Assembly (NCBI RefSeq): GCF_964194155.1
Contig: NC_135914.1
Coordinates: 7,006,001-7,070,000, forward strand
From: Cetorhinus maximus
Taxonomy: Eukaryota
Reading direction: 5' to 3'
Length of the DNA: 64,000 nt
Part shown: positions 44,445 through 64,000 of the stretch, in pieces
Position numbering within the stretch: position 1 is the first letter of the stretch
How the letters are laid out: each line of letters starts with the position of its first letter
Notes under the pieces: generated by a model
What the model was told of the DNA's origin: nothing
Databases searched by the model: none
Seen by the model: only the letters and a program-made list of their open reading frames with translations
Position numbers and translations under genes: made by a program

Positions 44445-46176
44445 AGTTTAATCACTTTCTGATGTATTGCAGTTTTGGAAAGTCTGCCTGCATTATATCT
44501 GATTTTAGTTCCCATTAAATGTTCTGCGGACAGAAGCAGGATTGAAGCTCTCGTGCTCCAGGTGTGTGTTTTTTTTTTTTGTTATTGCAATCCAGGTTTG
44601 CAGCTCGGTTGGTCTTAAACAGACGACCCCAACCCCCACCAATGAATGGGTGAAGGGTTTGAAGATATCAGACAGCAAAAGAACCCGGTTTAAAAGTCTA
44701 ACACTTCTACCTTTACTGCAATCAAAATAAATTGCTGTTTATTTTTCCCGTTTAGTCCCCACCCATTGATTCTCTGTCTGACTCCAGGTGCAGTGTGCGC
44801 TGACCACTCTTTCCTCTGCAAGGCAGAGGTGTCAGTCAGGCTAGTGTTGAGTGGGTAATGATCAACTGATTCTAAAATGAGCAAAAGCCACAGGCTGGGT
44901 TTAATATCCTGTGTTACCTCCCTTGCCACCTGCCAAGCCTTGCACAGTGCTAGTGCAGCCACATTCCATCCTGGATCATTGGAAATGTGGATGTGCAGCA
45001 GGGGGCCTGAGGAGGGAATGGAATTGGTGAATACTCTCACTTGGAGCTGCAAATTCTGGGGAAACTGGAATTTAGTCCCTGCCCCTGCTCCGCCCAGTTC
45101 CTGATGCGAGCTGTGCTGAGCAATGGCTGTGGAGGCCAGTGGTCTCTGACTCCGCCTGACAGCCTGTTTCAAGGGAAGTTGGTTTTGGGAGGTGGGGGGG
45201 CAGCGGTGTTCATTAGGAGTGTGTGCACAGGCAACATGCCTGCCCCTTAGTCCCAAGCTACCCAAGGGTGAGCACATGCAACTGCACATTGGTTACCTCA
45301 GCTTTCAGCACCTCTCTCTTTTTAATCTGTCTTTTTCTTGGTGGGTTAGTTGGACCTCGCTCCACACAGCCCTCCCTGACGGTGACGGAAATGGTAATCT
45401 AATTTTTCTGGGGAACTCCAGGCATGAGGAACGCCTTTCCATTCCACAGAGAAAAATGGTTTACATGTTTACCATGGACTGATTCAGTCCCACTTCCCAT
45501 CCAGTTTGCAATTGTTGATGGTTGAAATGTCAGTCAGTCTTGAATTAAAACATATTGTGTACAGTAGAGAGGGATACGCAACACAGAGAGGACAAAAACA
45601 AGTTCGGAAAGAATTACTCTTTGCTCTTCCTGTCTCCCCAGCACACATGCTACTGAATCTCTGCATGAGCCATTTTGGATCATGTTTGTCAGTTTGCTTT
45701 TTCTGCAAACGTAATGATTGGGGTATTACTATAAACCAGCATCTTGCCTGTTCCATTTGGGGTTCCCGTGTACAAGAGGAAACCTTACTGGACAGCGCGA
45801 GGCTGTGCCACAGGCACTGTAGTTTCTTTCTGACCTGCAGTATTCATGGGAAGGGAGAAGGAAGAAGCTGTCACTTTCAATCTTGGGGATCTTTTTAATC
45901 AGCTTTTCTTAATCCTTCCTTTGAGTAGTGAGGGCACCTAATACTGGGAGGCTGTTTGTGTGAAAGAGGCCTGGAATTGTTTTTAATGGCAGTGCACTGC
46001 ATGTCGATCAGCTTGTTCCCAACGCTTGTTAGTATGCTTTGGGGGTTTTATTGGGGCTGGGAGGGTGAGGGAATGTGTTACTTCTCTGTGTGCGTGTGTA
46101 TATGCTCCGTTTTTACAGGATTTTGTTTTTTGTAACAGCTAGCAAGTGTCTTGTTTTCATCCATTAAATCCTCTAG

Positions 46177-46182
46177 AATAAA
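46177..46182 (+). terminator. Candidate distal ADAR polyadenylation signal AATAAA
   Basis: ATTAAA just upstream and GT/T-rich sequence downstream. Confidence 0.45.
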
Positions 46183-46577
46183 TTGGATGTTCATCTTTTA
46201 AGAGAATTGGTGTAGGACTTTTTATTTTGTACCTTGGGACGGGAGTGGGTTGTTGGTATGTAGCAGGGAAGCCTTTGTCTGCGGTAGTATCGTGCTGTGG
46301 ACATCTCAGACTGTGGACCTTGGGGTGGGCGGGGGGGGTTGATGTATTTGCTCATAAAGGACAGGAGTCTCGAGAGTTACTGTTCCCCTTATCAGGAGTG
46401 CGATGTAGAGTTCGGAGAGTTGTGATATACCCTTTCAAATTGGCTTCTGATGTTTTGCTCCACTTTATGTTCCTTAAACCAACATTATTCACTTGGATTT
46501 TGTGCACTCATCATGGAGCAAGGCACCTATGCTGGAGAATATAACTGTCTCAGTTACTGGCACCCAGCATTCACATT

Positions 46578-46920
46578 CAGCATGGGGTTAGATACTGAGT
46601 AAAGTTCCCTCTACACTGTCCCCCTCAAACACTCCCAGGACAGGTACAGCACGGGGTTAGATACAGAGTAAAGCTCCCTCTACACTGTCCCCATCAAACA
46701 CTCCCAGGGCAGGTACAGCACGGGGTTAGATACAGAGTAAAGCTCCCTCTACACTGTCCCCATCAAACACTCCCAGGACAGGTACAGCACGGGGTTAGAT
46801 ACAGAGTAAAGCTCCCTCTACACTGTCTCCATCAAACACTCCCAGGACAGGTACAGCACGGGGTTAGATACAGAGTAAAGCTCCCTCTACACTGTCCCCA
46901 TCAAACAGTCTCAGGGCAGG
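46578..46920 (+). repeat. 69-bp minisatellite, ~5 copies, between the convergent genes
   Basis: gcacggggttagatacagagtaaagctccctctacactgtccccatcaaacactcccaggacaggtaca units. Confidence 0.95.
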
Positions 46921-47801
46921 TTGTTTAGCCCTCCTGTTTTGTAGTAGTTTAAGTATAGGTCATCCTGCAGTGCTTGACATCAAAAGGATCCCAGCTGCGC
47001 CTCACCTGTCCTCTCGTGGTGGCCGCAAGCATTTCTCAAAGTCGTCATTGACTTGAGCCAAGAGGCACCGAGGGCTCTGCTGTCCCAGGTGAGATCAGAA
47101 CAGGCTGAAAAAATTCTAGAAGGTGGAACGAATTTGCCCCTCCCATCTCCTAAAATATCAGGGTTGTATGGGTAAGTCTTAATCTTTGACCATGATTGCA
47201 GGTAGCTGCAATATGAATGTAACTGTGAGCTGGTGTTGATATAAACTCTTTCTGCAGCCACTGGCCACCCCCAACCCCCCGGCCCCAAACTAAAGTACTC
47301 CAATTCCTTATGTGAGTCTGAGCAGTGACAGGATATTTGATTGTGGGAGGCGACACAATGCATGCAAAAGCCAGACTTCTGTCAGACGCCTGCAGTCATT
47401 TTGGGGTGGAGTGGGGAAGGGCAGTGTTCGTCAGTGGATTCGGCTGGGTGGGGGGAAGAGGGTGAGGAACAGAATCTGCATTTTCTCTCTCATCCTTCTC
47501 GATTCCTGGGCACTGAGGTGCGAACCCTGTTGCCTGACCCAGCCCCTGACTTAGATCAGCCCTCACTCCAGCACGGAGCAGGGTGTAACCTTGGACTTCC
47601 CTGCTCAGTAGTACACTGAGGAGGGACGCACTCACCCACCAAACCTTCCCTGGCAATTTATAGATTTATCACAACCTTTCATTTTGAAGTGGCCTCTTGT
47701 TTAAATCCACTGTGCCCAGAAACCAGACTGTGATGGAGAAAATCTGTAGCTGAGGAGAAAGAAGTTTAAACCTCATTCCTATTACGTTTTGCAAAAACAC
47801 T

Positions 47802-47812
47802 TTTATTTTATT
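47802..47812 (-). terminator. Candidate CHRNB2 polyadenylation signals (tandem AATAAA on - strand)
   Basis: + strand tttattttatt, ~1.8 kb past the CHRNB2 stop. Confidence 0.5.
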
Positions 47813-49585
47813 TGACACAGAAACACAATTGAACACCAGTGAATCAATGCTATACGCAATCTGGGCCTGCCCCCTCTGGTTAAAATATGACTCCCGGCAG
47901 ACAGCCGGCGCATCTTTTTTTCCCCCAGCCCCTCCGCCCTGGCCCTACGTGTGATCTTTGAACCCTTCCGTTAAGCAGCTCAAAGACTTTGGGTTGATCC
48001 CAGGCGCAGAGAGAGTGGAGGTAAACTGGGTCCGTGGTGGGAGACTGTGCTTTGTGCCGAACTAATGGTGTCTTTGTTGGGTGAGGGATCTTGCACGGCG
48101 TGTGGTGCAGTCACTGGCATTGGAGGGGCGGTGGCCGCTCTCCAGTAACCTCTATCAACTAGGGCAGAGGGGAGGGGGGGGAAGCTGTCGTGTTGAATTA
48201 TTTCAGGCTGCAGGGAGGGTGCTTCATTCTCTGGACTAAACGTGTTTATGGGGAAGTGGCATCCGCTTCAGTTTTAAGGCTGTGCATTTAAGTCCTTCAG
48301 GTGTGGAAGCACAAAACACTTTTAGATACAAAGGGTGGTGAAAATCTGGAGCACTCACCACACACACCCCCCCCGATTTATGTCGGATAGAATATTGAGG
48401 CATATAGAGTAAAGGAGGGCAGGGTAAATGGGAGTTGAGGTACAGCTTGGCCACAATCAGATTTGGGTGACGGAAGGTTCAGAGCTGAATGGCCTCTTCC
48501 AGTTTTTCCATGAACATTGAAGGACTTATTTTCAATGGGTGAAAGACTGAAGGAACAGAAAATATTCTTTTTTTTTAAGTGTTGAATGGAATGGTTTGCA
48601 GGAGCAAATTGAGGAACTAAGGCTGAAAATTCACCAGCCCAAAAGCAAGAGGAGGTTTTCACCCCCCTTCCCCAGCACACGCTGCAGTGGAACATGGAAG
48701 CCTCGACAAAAACATTGAGGCTGAGTCGGTTTAATTTGTCCTAAAAAGAGCTGCACGCCTACTTGATTGGCAGTGGGACTGGACGTTACAGGGGCCGATA
48801 AACTGAGAGATGGTTAGATACTTCACAGAACTTTCCGACAATGTTGCATCAAACCCTCCCAGGGCGGGTACGGCGCGGGTTAGATGCGGGATAAAGCCTA
48901 AAGTAATGTTGCTGGGCCCCCTTTCTCCTTACTGAGCCAGTGTGTGATTTTCCCATTCCCAACAGATGTTGTGGCCTACCTGAGTGAGCTCTGCTGTTGG
49001 TGGGAAGCTGAGACCTTGTGATGGAAAGCTTCACTAAATTCACCTTTTGAAAAGCCAGTGTAATGTTAAGATTTTCCTCTGGGTGCCAATAGCAAAGATT
49101 TTCCCCCACCATCCCCTCATCTTCCTTACCTGACGATGCTGCCTCTTTTGCCTATGGGTGCTGGATGCCAACTGCCCTCTCCCACCTCCCCTCACTCGTC
49201 CATTTTTCAAGTGAGGCCAATAATGGCAGCTATTCAACTTGGATGGCACCCCAGCCCATCCTGGTTCCATCCTGATGCGCACACTGTAAGATGGTGATCA
49301 GTATCAAGGTTGATATTCCACCCACCCACCCCCGACTTCTCTCTCTCCTTGTCCTTCCCCCTCCTGCAACTCAATCACTGAGACCCGTGGTGGGACCCTA
49401 GCCACCTCCATGGCTAAAATCAGTTTGCAGTAACGGAGCAGGGATGAAATCCTGGACTCTGGCTCTGTATGGTAGTCCCGTTGAGTGGTGCTTGGAAGTG
49501 GATAAGAGCAAGAGCTTTGATACAAAATTTCTTGTACATTAGGGGAGTGAGATGAGCAGAGAATGAGACCTCGAGGCTCCTACTT

Positions 49586-57153
<7,568 letters not shown>

Positions 57154-57217
57154 CTGAAACAGAAAGAAGTTGTCATTTTCTTTTCGAAAAAAAATCCTCC
57201 TTTCTGGTGTTTCCTTC

Positions 57218-57658
57218 CCTCTCCTCTCCTGAAGCTGCTGACTCTCACTGGGGTACAGGTCCCCCTCCTCTACTGAAGGTGCTGACTCTCACTGGGGTAC
57301 AGGTCCCCCTCCTCTCCTGAAGGTGCTGACTCTCACTGGGGTACAGGGTCCCCCTCCTCTCCTGAAGGTGCTGACTCTCACTGGGGTACGGGGTCCCCTC
57401 CTCTCCTGAAGCTGCTGACTCTCACTGGGGTACAGGTCCCCCTCCTCTCCTGAAGGTGCTGACTCTCACTGGGGTACGGGGTCCCCTCCTCTCCTGAAGC
57501 TGCTGACTCTCACTGGGGTACAGGTCCCCCTCCTCTCCTGAAGGTGCTGACTCTCACTGGGGTACGGGGTCCCCCTCCTCTCCTGAAGCTGCTGACTCTC
57601 ACTGGGGTACAGGGTCCCCCTCCTCTCCTGAAGGTGCTGACTCTCACTGGGGTACAGG
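57218..57658. repeat. 44-45-bp minisatellite, ~10 copies
   Basis: cctcctctcctgaaggtgctgactctcactggggtacaggtccc units. Confidence 0.95.
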
Positions 57659-59084
57659 TGTATTATTGGGTGTAACACTCCTGGATATATTATATAACAC
57701 ACTGATGCTGATGTGCTTATGCAAGTCTAGCCAATCACACTACAACCAGTGGACCAACTCTGTCTATGCGGAGGGGTCAATTTGTCCGTCAGCCCAGTAA
57801 CCATCAGTAATTGGTGTCACAGTCTGGGACTGTGCTCATTAATCGCTCTGTTGCTGGATCTGTGCCCAGTACATTCTGTCACATCTTGTTGAATCAGTCA
57901 CCATTAATCACCTCACTGGAGAGTGAGATGAGACACTTGCTTAGAATGAAAAGTGGAAAAATCATTCTGCCTCGTTGGGCCCTGTTTCCATGGAGATCTG
58001 ATAGTTGGCACACAACAAACTGTTTCCGCAGCCTTTGGCATGGTTGGAAGCGACTCTCTTCCTTGTGAACCTTTGGGACCTTCTGACTTGGAAATATATC
58101 GGCTGTTCCTTCACTGTCGCTGGGTCAAAATCCTGGAACTCCCTCCCTAACAGCACGGTGGCTGTACCTACACCACAGGTACTGCAGTGGTTCAAGAAGG
58201 CAGCAGCTCACCCACCACCTTCTCAAGGGGCAATTGGGGATGGGGTATAAACGCTGGCCCAGCCAGCGACCCCCACATCTCATGAAAGAATAAGAAAATA
58301 TCCTGGTGCTCATTTATGTATAAACTCACAAAGTGAAGGACTGCGGAAGAAACATGCCGAGCTCTCACTTTCCAGCAAAAGGGTTTTTGCCCAGCAACCA
58401 GGAGTGAGTTGCCTGGCTTACCCACTCCACCCACCATCCCCACTCCATTAACCGAAGGACACTGAGGCCACTTTTTAATCACCCAGTACAATTCCGAGTC
58501 CCCAGTTGATTTTGTGAACCGTTCTGACACTTGGATATGCTTTGCTCCTTTAGAACAAGAGTGCCAGTCGCCCTTCAGCCTCCACGGTTGACGAGTGGGG
58601 AAGGGGGAAGTGGTCCCGGTTGACAGCCCTCCCTTGAGCAACGCAAGTTTGGGATCTTGCCCTGCAGAAAAGGACAAGCTTTCCTTGCTGAGACAACAGC
58701 AATTGGCGAGCTGCAGTTTAACTGTAGACACTGTGGTAACAGTATAACTACAGTCTGTTCTCTTTCTTTCGAGGGGCATGTGCTGCAATTTGACGAGGGG
58801 TATGGGCACCAACACAGCTTACCACCACCAGTTGGGGCACTAACTGTTTCCACCATTCCATGCCATTATCTGCCTGGGGGTCCTAAGCTCAGGAATTCTA
58901 CCCCCAAACCTTTCCTCTCCTCTCCTTTAAGAGGCTCCTTAAAACTTACCTCTTAGGGCAAGTCTTTGTTTATTCATGGGGTGTGGGCATCGCAGCCTAG
59001 GCCAGCATTTATTGCCCATCCCTAATTGCCCTTGTTCAGGGGGGCAGTTAAAAGAGTCAACCACATGGCTGTGGGTCTGGAGTC

Positions 59085-59900
59085 TTTTTTATTTTTTGCA
59101 AAAATATACTTTATTCATAAAATATCTTCAACCACATTCCAAACCATTTCAAAAACACCATTACAAGGGTACAATCCGGTTCAACTTTTACAAAATGTAT
59201 CACCAGGTGCATCAGCACAAACAATATTACAATCATTTACAGCCTTTCATTTTGAGCTGTACAGCCCGAGGGGGTTTAAACAGTTCCCAGCCCCTCGGTG
59301 CACTGTGGTAGAAAGGTCTTAGACAGCGACCCTTCCACATTGCGCCTTTGCAGCAGCTGCCCCAAGCTTTAGTACATCCCTCAGCACGTAGTCCTGGACC
59401 TTGGAATGTGCCAGTCCACAACACTCGGTCGGGGACAACTCTTTGTGCTGGAAGACCAACAAGTTTCGGGCAGACCAAAGCGCGTCTTTCACCGAGTTGA
59501 TGATCCTCCAGCTGCAGTTGATGTTTGCCTCGGTGTGTGTCCCTGGGAACAGCCCGTAGAGCACAGAGTCCTGTGTCACAGAACTACTCGGGATGAACCT
59601 CGACAGAAACCACAGCATCTCTCTCCAGACCTTCTTTGCAAAGGCACAATCCACAAGGAGGTGAACAACGGTCTCTTCCCCACCACAGCCACCTCGAGGG
59701 CAACGTGCAGAGGGGGTGAGACTCCTGGCGTGTAGGAAGGATCTGACGGGGAGGGCCTTTCTCACCACCAGCCAAGCCACGTCTTGGTGCTTGCTGGAAA
59801 GTTCTGGCGATGAGGCATTCTGCCAAATGACTTTGACAGTCTGCTCGGGGAACCATCCCACAGGATCCACCCTCTCCTTTTCCCTCAGGGCCTCTAGGAC
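59085..59900 (-). mobile_element. Tx1/L1-clade retrotransposon 3' end (zf-RVT C-terminus, 3' UTR, A-rich tail)
   Basis: CPRGGCGGEETVVHLLVDCAFAKKVW...KDALWSARN; AATAAA on the - strand near 59110 and a T-run at 59085. Confidence 0.85.
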
Positions 59901-59901
59901 G

Positions 59902-60240
59902 TTACGTGGGACATGGGCGTCGCTGTCTAGAGGCCAGCACTCATTGCCCATCCCTAATTGCCATTGTTCAGAGGGCATTTAAGAGTCACCCACAATTCTG
60001 TGGGTCTGGAGTCACATGTAGGCCAGACTGGGTAAGGACGGCAGATATCCTTCCCTAAAGGACATTAGTGAACCAGATGAGATTTTACAACAATCATTTC
60101 ATGGTCATCATTAGACGCTTAATTCCAGATTTTATTGGATTCAAATTTCACCATCTGCCATGGTGGGATTTGAACCCAGGTCCCCAGAGCATTACCCTGG
60201 GTCACCAGTCTAACGACAATACCACTACGCCTCCATCTCC
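59902..60240 (-). mobile_element. SINE copy (same family as 61190-61580)
   Basis: Reverse complement of the tRNA head (gggttcaaatccc), core and LINE-like tail. Confidence 0.8.
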
Positions 60241-60424
60241 CCCAAAGACCAAGTCTTTGATCACCTGCCTTAATATCTCCTTATATGGCTCAATGTCAAA
60301 TTTGTGTCTGATTGTCTGCTCCTGTGAAGTACCTTGGGATGTTTTACCATGTTAACAGTACAAGACAAGTTGTAGAATTTCCATTCTGCTACCCTCTGCG
60401 GAACAGCAGAGCAAGATGGCAAGA

Positions 60425-60922
60425 TGATACTTAAGAAAGGATATAGTTGCTTTCGAAGCAGATCAGAGAAGGCTCACTCTACTGCTTCCTAAGATGAAGG
60501 GGTGAGGAATGGCTGGACAGGCTGAGCCTGTATCCATTTGAGTTTAGAAGAGAAAGAGTTAATCTTATTAGAATGTAAAAGATCTTGAGGGGACTTGACA
60601 GGGTAAATGCTGAAAGGATGTTCCCCCTCATGGAGGGACTCGAACTAGGGGGTGCCGTTTAAAACTAGAGGGCCTCCCATTTAACCGGGAGATGAGGAGA
60701 ATTTATTTCCTCTCAGGGGGTCGTTAGTCTGTGGAATTCTCTTCCCCAGAGAACAGTAAAGGCTGAGTCGTTGAATATTTTCAAGGCTGAGTTAGACAGA
60801 CTTTTGATTAACAAGGGACTCAAAGGTGTAGACAGGAAAGTAGAGTCCGAGGCCACACTGAAATCAGCCATGATCTTGTCAATTGGAAGAGCGGGCCCAA
60901 GGGGCTGAATGGCCTACATTCG
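60425..60922 (+). mobile_element. CR1 3' fragment
   Basis: Homologous to 20365-20960. Confidence 0.75.
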
Positions 60923-61189
60923 TACGTTTGCATGTCTGAACATCTTCTCTGACTTCTCACTGAGGTATCACTATGGGATGCTTTCCAATGGAATACAGGA
61001 AATCTTAAACAAGTGGAAATATTAAGCTTAGGCAATTTGTCTTCCTAATTCCACCCCTTCCCTCACCTCTCCCAACTCCAGCTGGAGCTCAGTTTCACCA
61101 ACTGCCCACTGACATCTCACCCACGTGCCCTGTCCATACGCCTGAACCAAGACTATTTGTCCATGCAGGGCATCATTGCTATAAAGGAC

Positions 61190-61580
61190 AATGGTGGTGT
61201 AGTGGTAATGTCACTGTGCTAGTCATCCAGAGACCCCGGGTAGGGACATGGGTTCAAATCCTGTCATAGCAGCTTGTGGAATTTAAATTCAATTGATAAA
61301 TCGGGAATTGAAAGTTAGTCTCAGTAATGGTGACTGTGGCAACTATCCACAATTGTCATAAAAACCCCATCTGGTTCACTAATGTCCCTTTAGGAAGGGA
61401 AATCTGCTGTCCTTACCTGGTCTGGCCTACGTGTGACTCCAGACCCACAGCCATGTGGTTGACTTTTAACTGCCCCTCTGAAATGGCCGAGCAAGCCACT
61501 CAGTTCAAGGGGGCAATTAGGAGTGGGTGACAAATGTGGGCCTTGCCTGTGACATCCACATCACCTCAGAGAGTTAAAAA
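61190..61580 (+). mobile_element. Near-full-length tRNA-derived SINE with LINE-like tail
   Basis: ggtggtgtagtggt A-box, gggttcaaatcc B-box, core and gggcaattagg...acaaatgtgggcc tail. Confidence 0.8.
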
Positions 61581-61871
61581 GACCCCATCATCTTCCCGCC
61601 AGAGCAGGACCTCTCGTTAGTTGTGTCTTTCCACAACCATCATCTATCCTCTCACACGCTCAGGTTTGGGGCAAATGTGATTTTTACTCAGTTGGAGGGT
61701 GAGTCTCCGTTGGATGCTGCATTTCTGAAACTGAGACACTGGCTCTGCAAGCAACATCATTGACCATTGCTGAGCCCAGTGCTCAGTGGGTTACTCTCTC
61801 ACCACTGAGCCAAAATGTCATGGCTTCAAATCCCACTCCATAAACAATTGAGGCTGACGCGACAAGTGCCG

Positions 61872-64000
61872 CACTGAGGGAGTGCCGCACTGTCGGAGGG
61901 TCAGTGCTGAGGTAGCGCCGCACTGTCGGAGGGTCAGTACTGAGGGAGCGCCGCACTGTCGGAGGGTCAGTACTGAGGGAGCGCTGCACTGTGCAAGGAT
62001 CAGTACTGAGGGAGTGCCGCACTGTCGCAGGGTCAGTACTGAGGGAGCGCCGCACTGTAGGAGGGTCAGTACTGAGCAGGTGCTGTACTGTCGGAGTGTC
62101 AGTACTGAGGGAGTGCCACACTGTCGGAGAGTCAGTACTGAGGGAGTGCTGCACTGTGGCAGGGTCAGTCCTGAGGGAGTGCCGCACTGTCAGAGGGTCA
62201 GTACTGAGGGAGTGCCGCACTGTCAGAGGGTCAGTACTGAGGCAGTACTGCACTGTCGGAGGGTCAGTACTGAGGGAGCACCGCATGGGCAGAGGGTCAC
62301 CTCTGAGGGAACGCCGCACTGTCAAGAGAGTCAGTACTGAGGGAGTGCCGCACTGTCAGAGGGTCAGTACTGAGGGACTGCCATACTGTCAAAGGATCAA
62401 TACTGAGGGAGCACCGCACTGTCAGATGGTCAATGCTGAGGGAGGGCTGCACTGTCAAGAGAATCACTACTGAGGGAGTGCTGCACTGTCGGAGGGTCAG
62501 TACTGAGGGGGCCCCGCACTGTCGGAGGATCAGTACTGAGGGAGCGCCGCACTGTCGGAGGGTCAGTACTGAGGGAGCGCTGCACTGTGCGAGGGTGAGT
62601 ACTGAGGGAGTGCCGCACTGTCGGAGGGTCAGTACTGAGGGAGTGCCGCACTGTAGGAGGGTCAGTACTGAGCAGGTGCCGTACTGTCGGAGTGTCAGTA
62701 CTGAGGGAGTGCCGCACTGTCAGAGGGTCAGTGCTGAGGGAGCACCGCACTGTCGGAGGGTCAGTACTGAGGGAGTGCCGCACTGTCGGAGGGTCAGTAC
62801 TGAGGCAATACTGCACTGTCGGAGGGTCAGTACTGAGGGAGCACCGCATGGGCAGAGGGTCACCTCTGAGGGAACGCCGCACTGTCAAGAGAGTCAGTAC
62901 TGAGTGCTGCACTGTCAGAGGGTCAGTACTGAGGGACTGCCATACTGTCAAAGGATCAATACTGAGGGAGCACCGCACTGTCAGATGGTCAATGCTGAGG
63001 GAGGGCTGCACTGTCAAGAGAATCACTACTGAGGGAGCGCCGCACTGTCGGAGGGTCAGTACTGAGGGGGCCCCGCACTGTCGGAGGGTCAGTACTGAGG
63101 GAGCGCCGCACTGTCGGAGGGTCAGTACTGAGGGAGCGCTGCACTATGCGAGGGTGAGTACTGAGGGAGTGCCGCACTGTCGGAGGGTCAGTACTGAGGG
63201 AGTGCCGCACTGTAGGAGGGTCAGTACTGAGCAGGTGCCGTACTGTCGGAGTGTCAGTACTGAGGGAGTGCTGCACTGTCAGAGGGTCAGTGCTGAGGGA
63301 GCACCGCACTGTCGGAGGGTCAGTACTGAGGGAGTGCCGCACTGTCGGAGGGTCAGTACTGAGGCAGTACTGCACTGTCGGAGGGTCAGTACTGAGGGAG
63401 CACCGCATGGGCAGAGGGTCACCTCTGAGGGAACGCCGCACTGTCAAGAGAGTCAGTACTGAGTGCTGCACTGTCAGAGGGTCAGTACTGAGGGACTGCC
63501 ATACTGTCACAGGATCAATACTGAGGGAGCACCGCACTGTCAGATGGTCAATGCTGAGGGAGGGCTGTACTGTCAAGAGAATCACTACTGAGGGAGCGCC
63601 GCACTGTCGGAGGGTCAGTACTGAGGGAGTGCTGCACTGTCGGAGTCTCAGTACTGAGGGACCGCTGTGCTGTCAGATGTTCAGTACTGAGGCAGTGCCG
63701 GACTGTCAGAGGGTCATTTCTGAGGGAGCACCGCACTGTCATAGGGTCAGTACTGAGAGAGTGCCGCACAGTCGGAGGATCGGTACTGAGGGAGTGCTGC
63801 AGTATCGGAGGGTCAGTACTGAGGGAGCGCCGCACTGTCATAGGGTCAATACTGAGGGAGTGCCGCACTGTCGGAGGGTCAGTGCTGAGGGAGCGCCGCA
63901 CTGTCGGAGGCTCAATGCTGAGGGAGCGCCACACTGTCGGAGGGTCAGTGCTGAGGGAGCGCCGCACTGTCGGAGGGTCAGTACTGAGGGAGAGCCGCAC
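61872..64000 (+). repeat. 33-bp satellite with a ~559-bp higher-order repeat, runs off the window end
   Basis: gtactgagggagtgccgcactgtcggagggtca units. Identical variant blocks recur at 62430, 62989 and 63548. Confidence 0.96.

Noticed and set aside
57660-61780. CHRNB2 exon 1 (signal peptide)
   Set aside because: No convincing ATG, hydrophobic stretch and phase-1 donor found; probably beyond the window.
61780-61840. tRNA gene
   Set aside because: A/B-box-like SINE head without a convincing cloverleaf.
61783-64000. Long ORFs with 11-aa repeats (STEGAPHCRRV, STDPPTVRRSL)
   Set aside because: By-products of a 33-bp satellite, open in several frames and on both strands.

Overview
Eukaryotic (vertebrate) DNA, most likely a cartilaginous fish such as a shark. 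The taxon is an inference from the repeat content. Two convergent genes are present. (1) On the + strand is a complete coding structure of ADAR (ADAR1): 14 coding exons at 10351-42103, all GT-AG and phase-compatible. They sum to 3543 nt (1180 aa) and encode Zalpha, Zbeta, three dsRBDs and a deaminase domain. (2) On the - strand are exons 2-6 of CHRNB2 (57153-49586); exon 1 was not found in the window. The ADAR-CHRNB2 tail-to-tail arrangement matches human. Introns hold CR1 LINEs, an L2/CR1-group LINE with its partner SINE, Deu-type and LF-SINE-like SINEs, two solo LTRs with 4-bp TSDs, Penelope-like palindromes, a Tx1/L1 fragment and several minisatellites. Best leads: a candidate ISRE+TATA interferon-inducible ADAR promoter at ~7.3 kb; a p150/p110 start architecture inside exon 2 with an overlapping uORF; inverted 69-bp repeats bracketing in-frame catalytic exons; hammerhead-like palindromes; SINE tails abutting splice acceptors; and a SINE-born satellite with a 559-bp higher-order repeat. 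No prokaryotic system or CRISPR array is present. All coordinates were read by eye and repeat boundaries are approximate.
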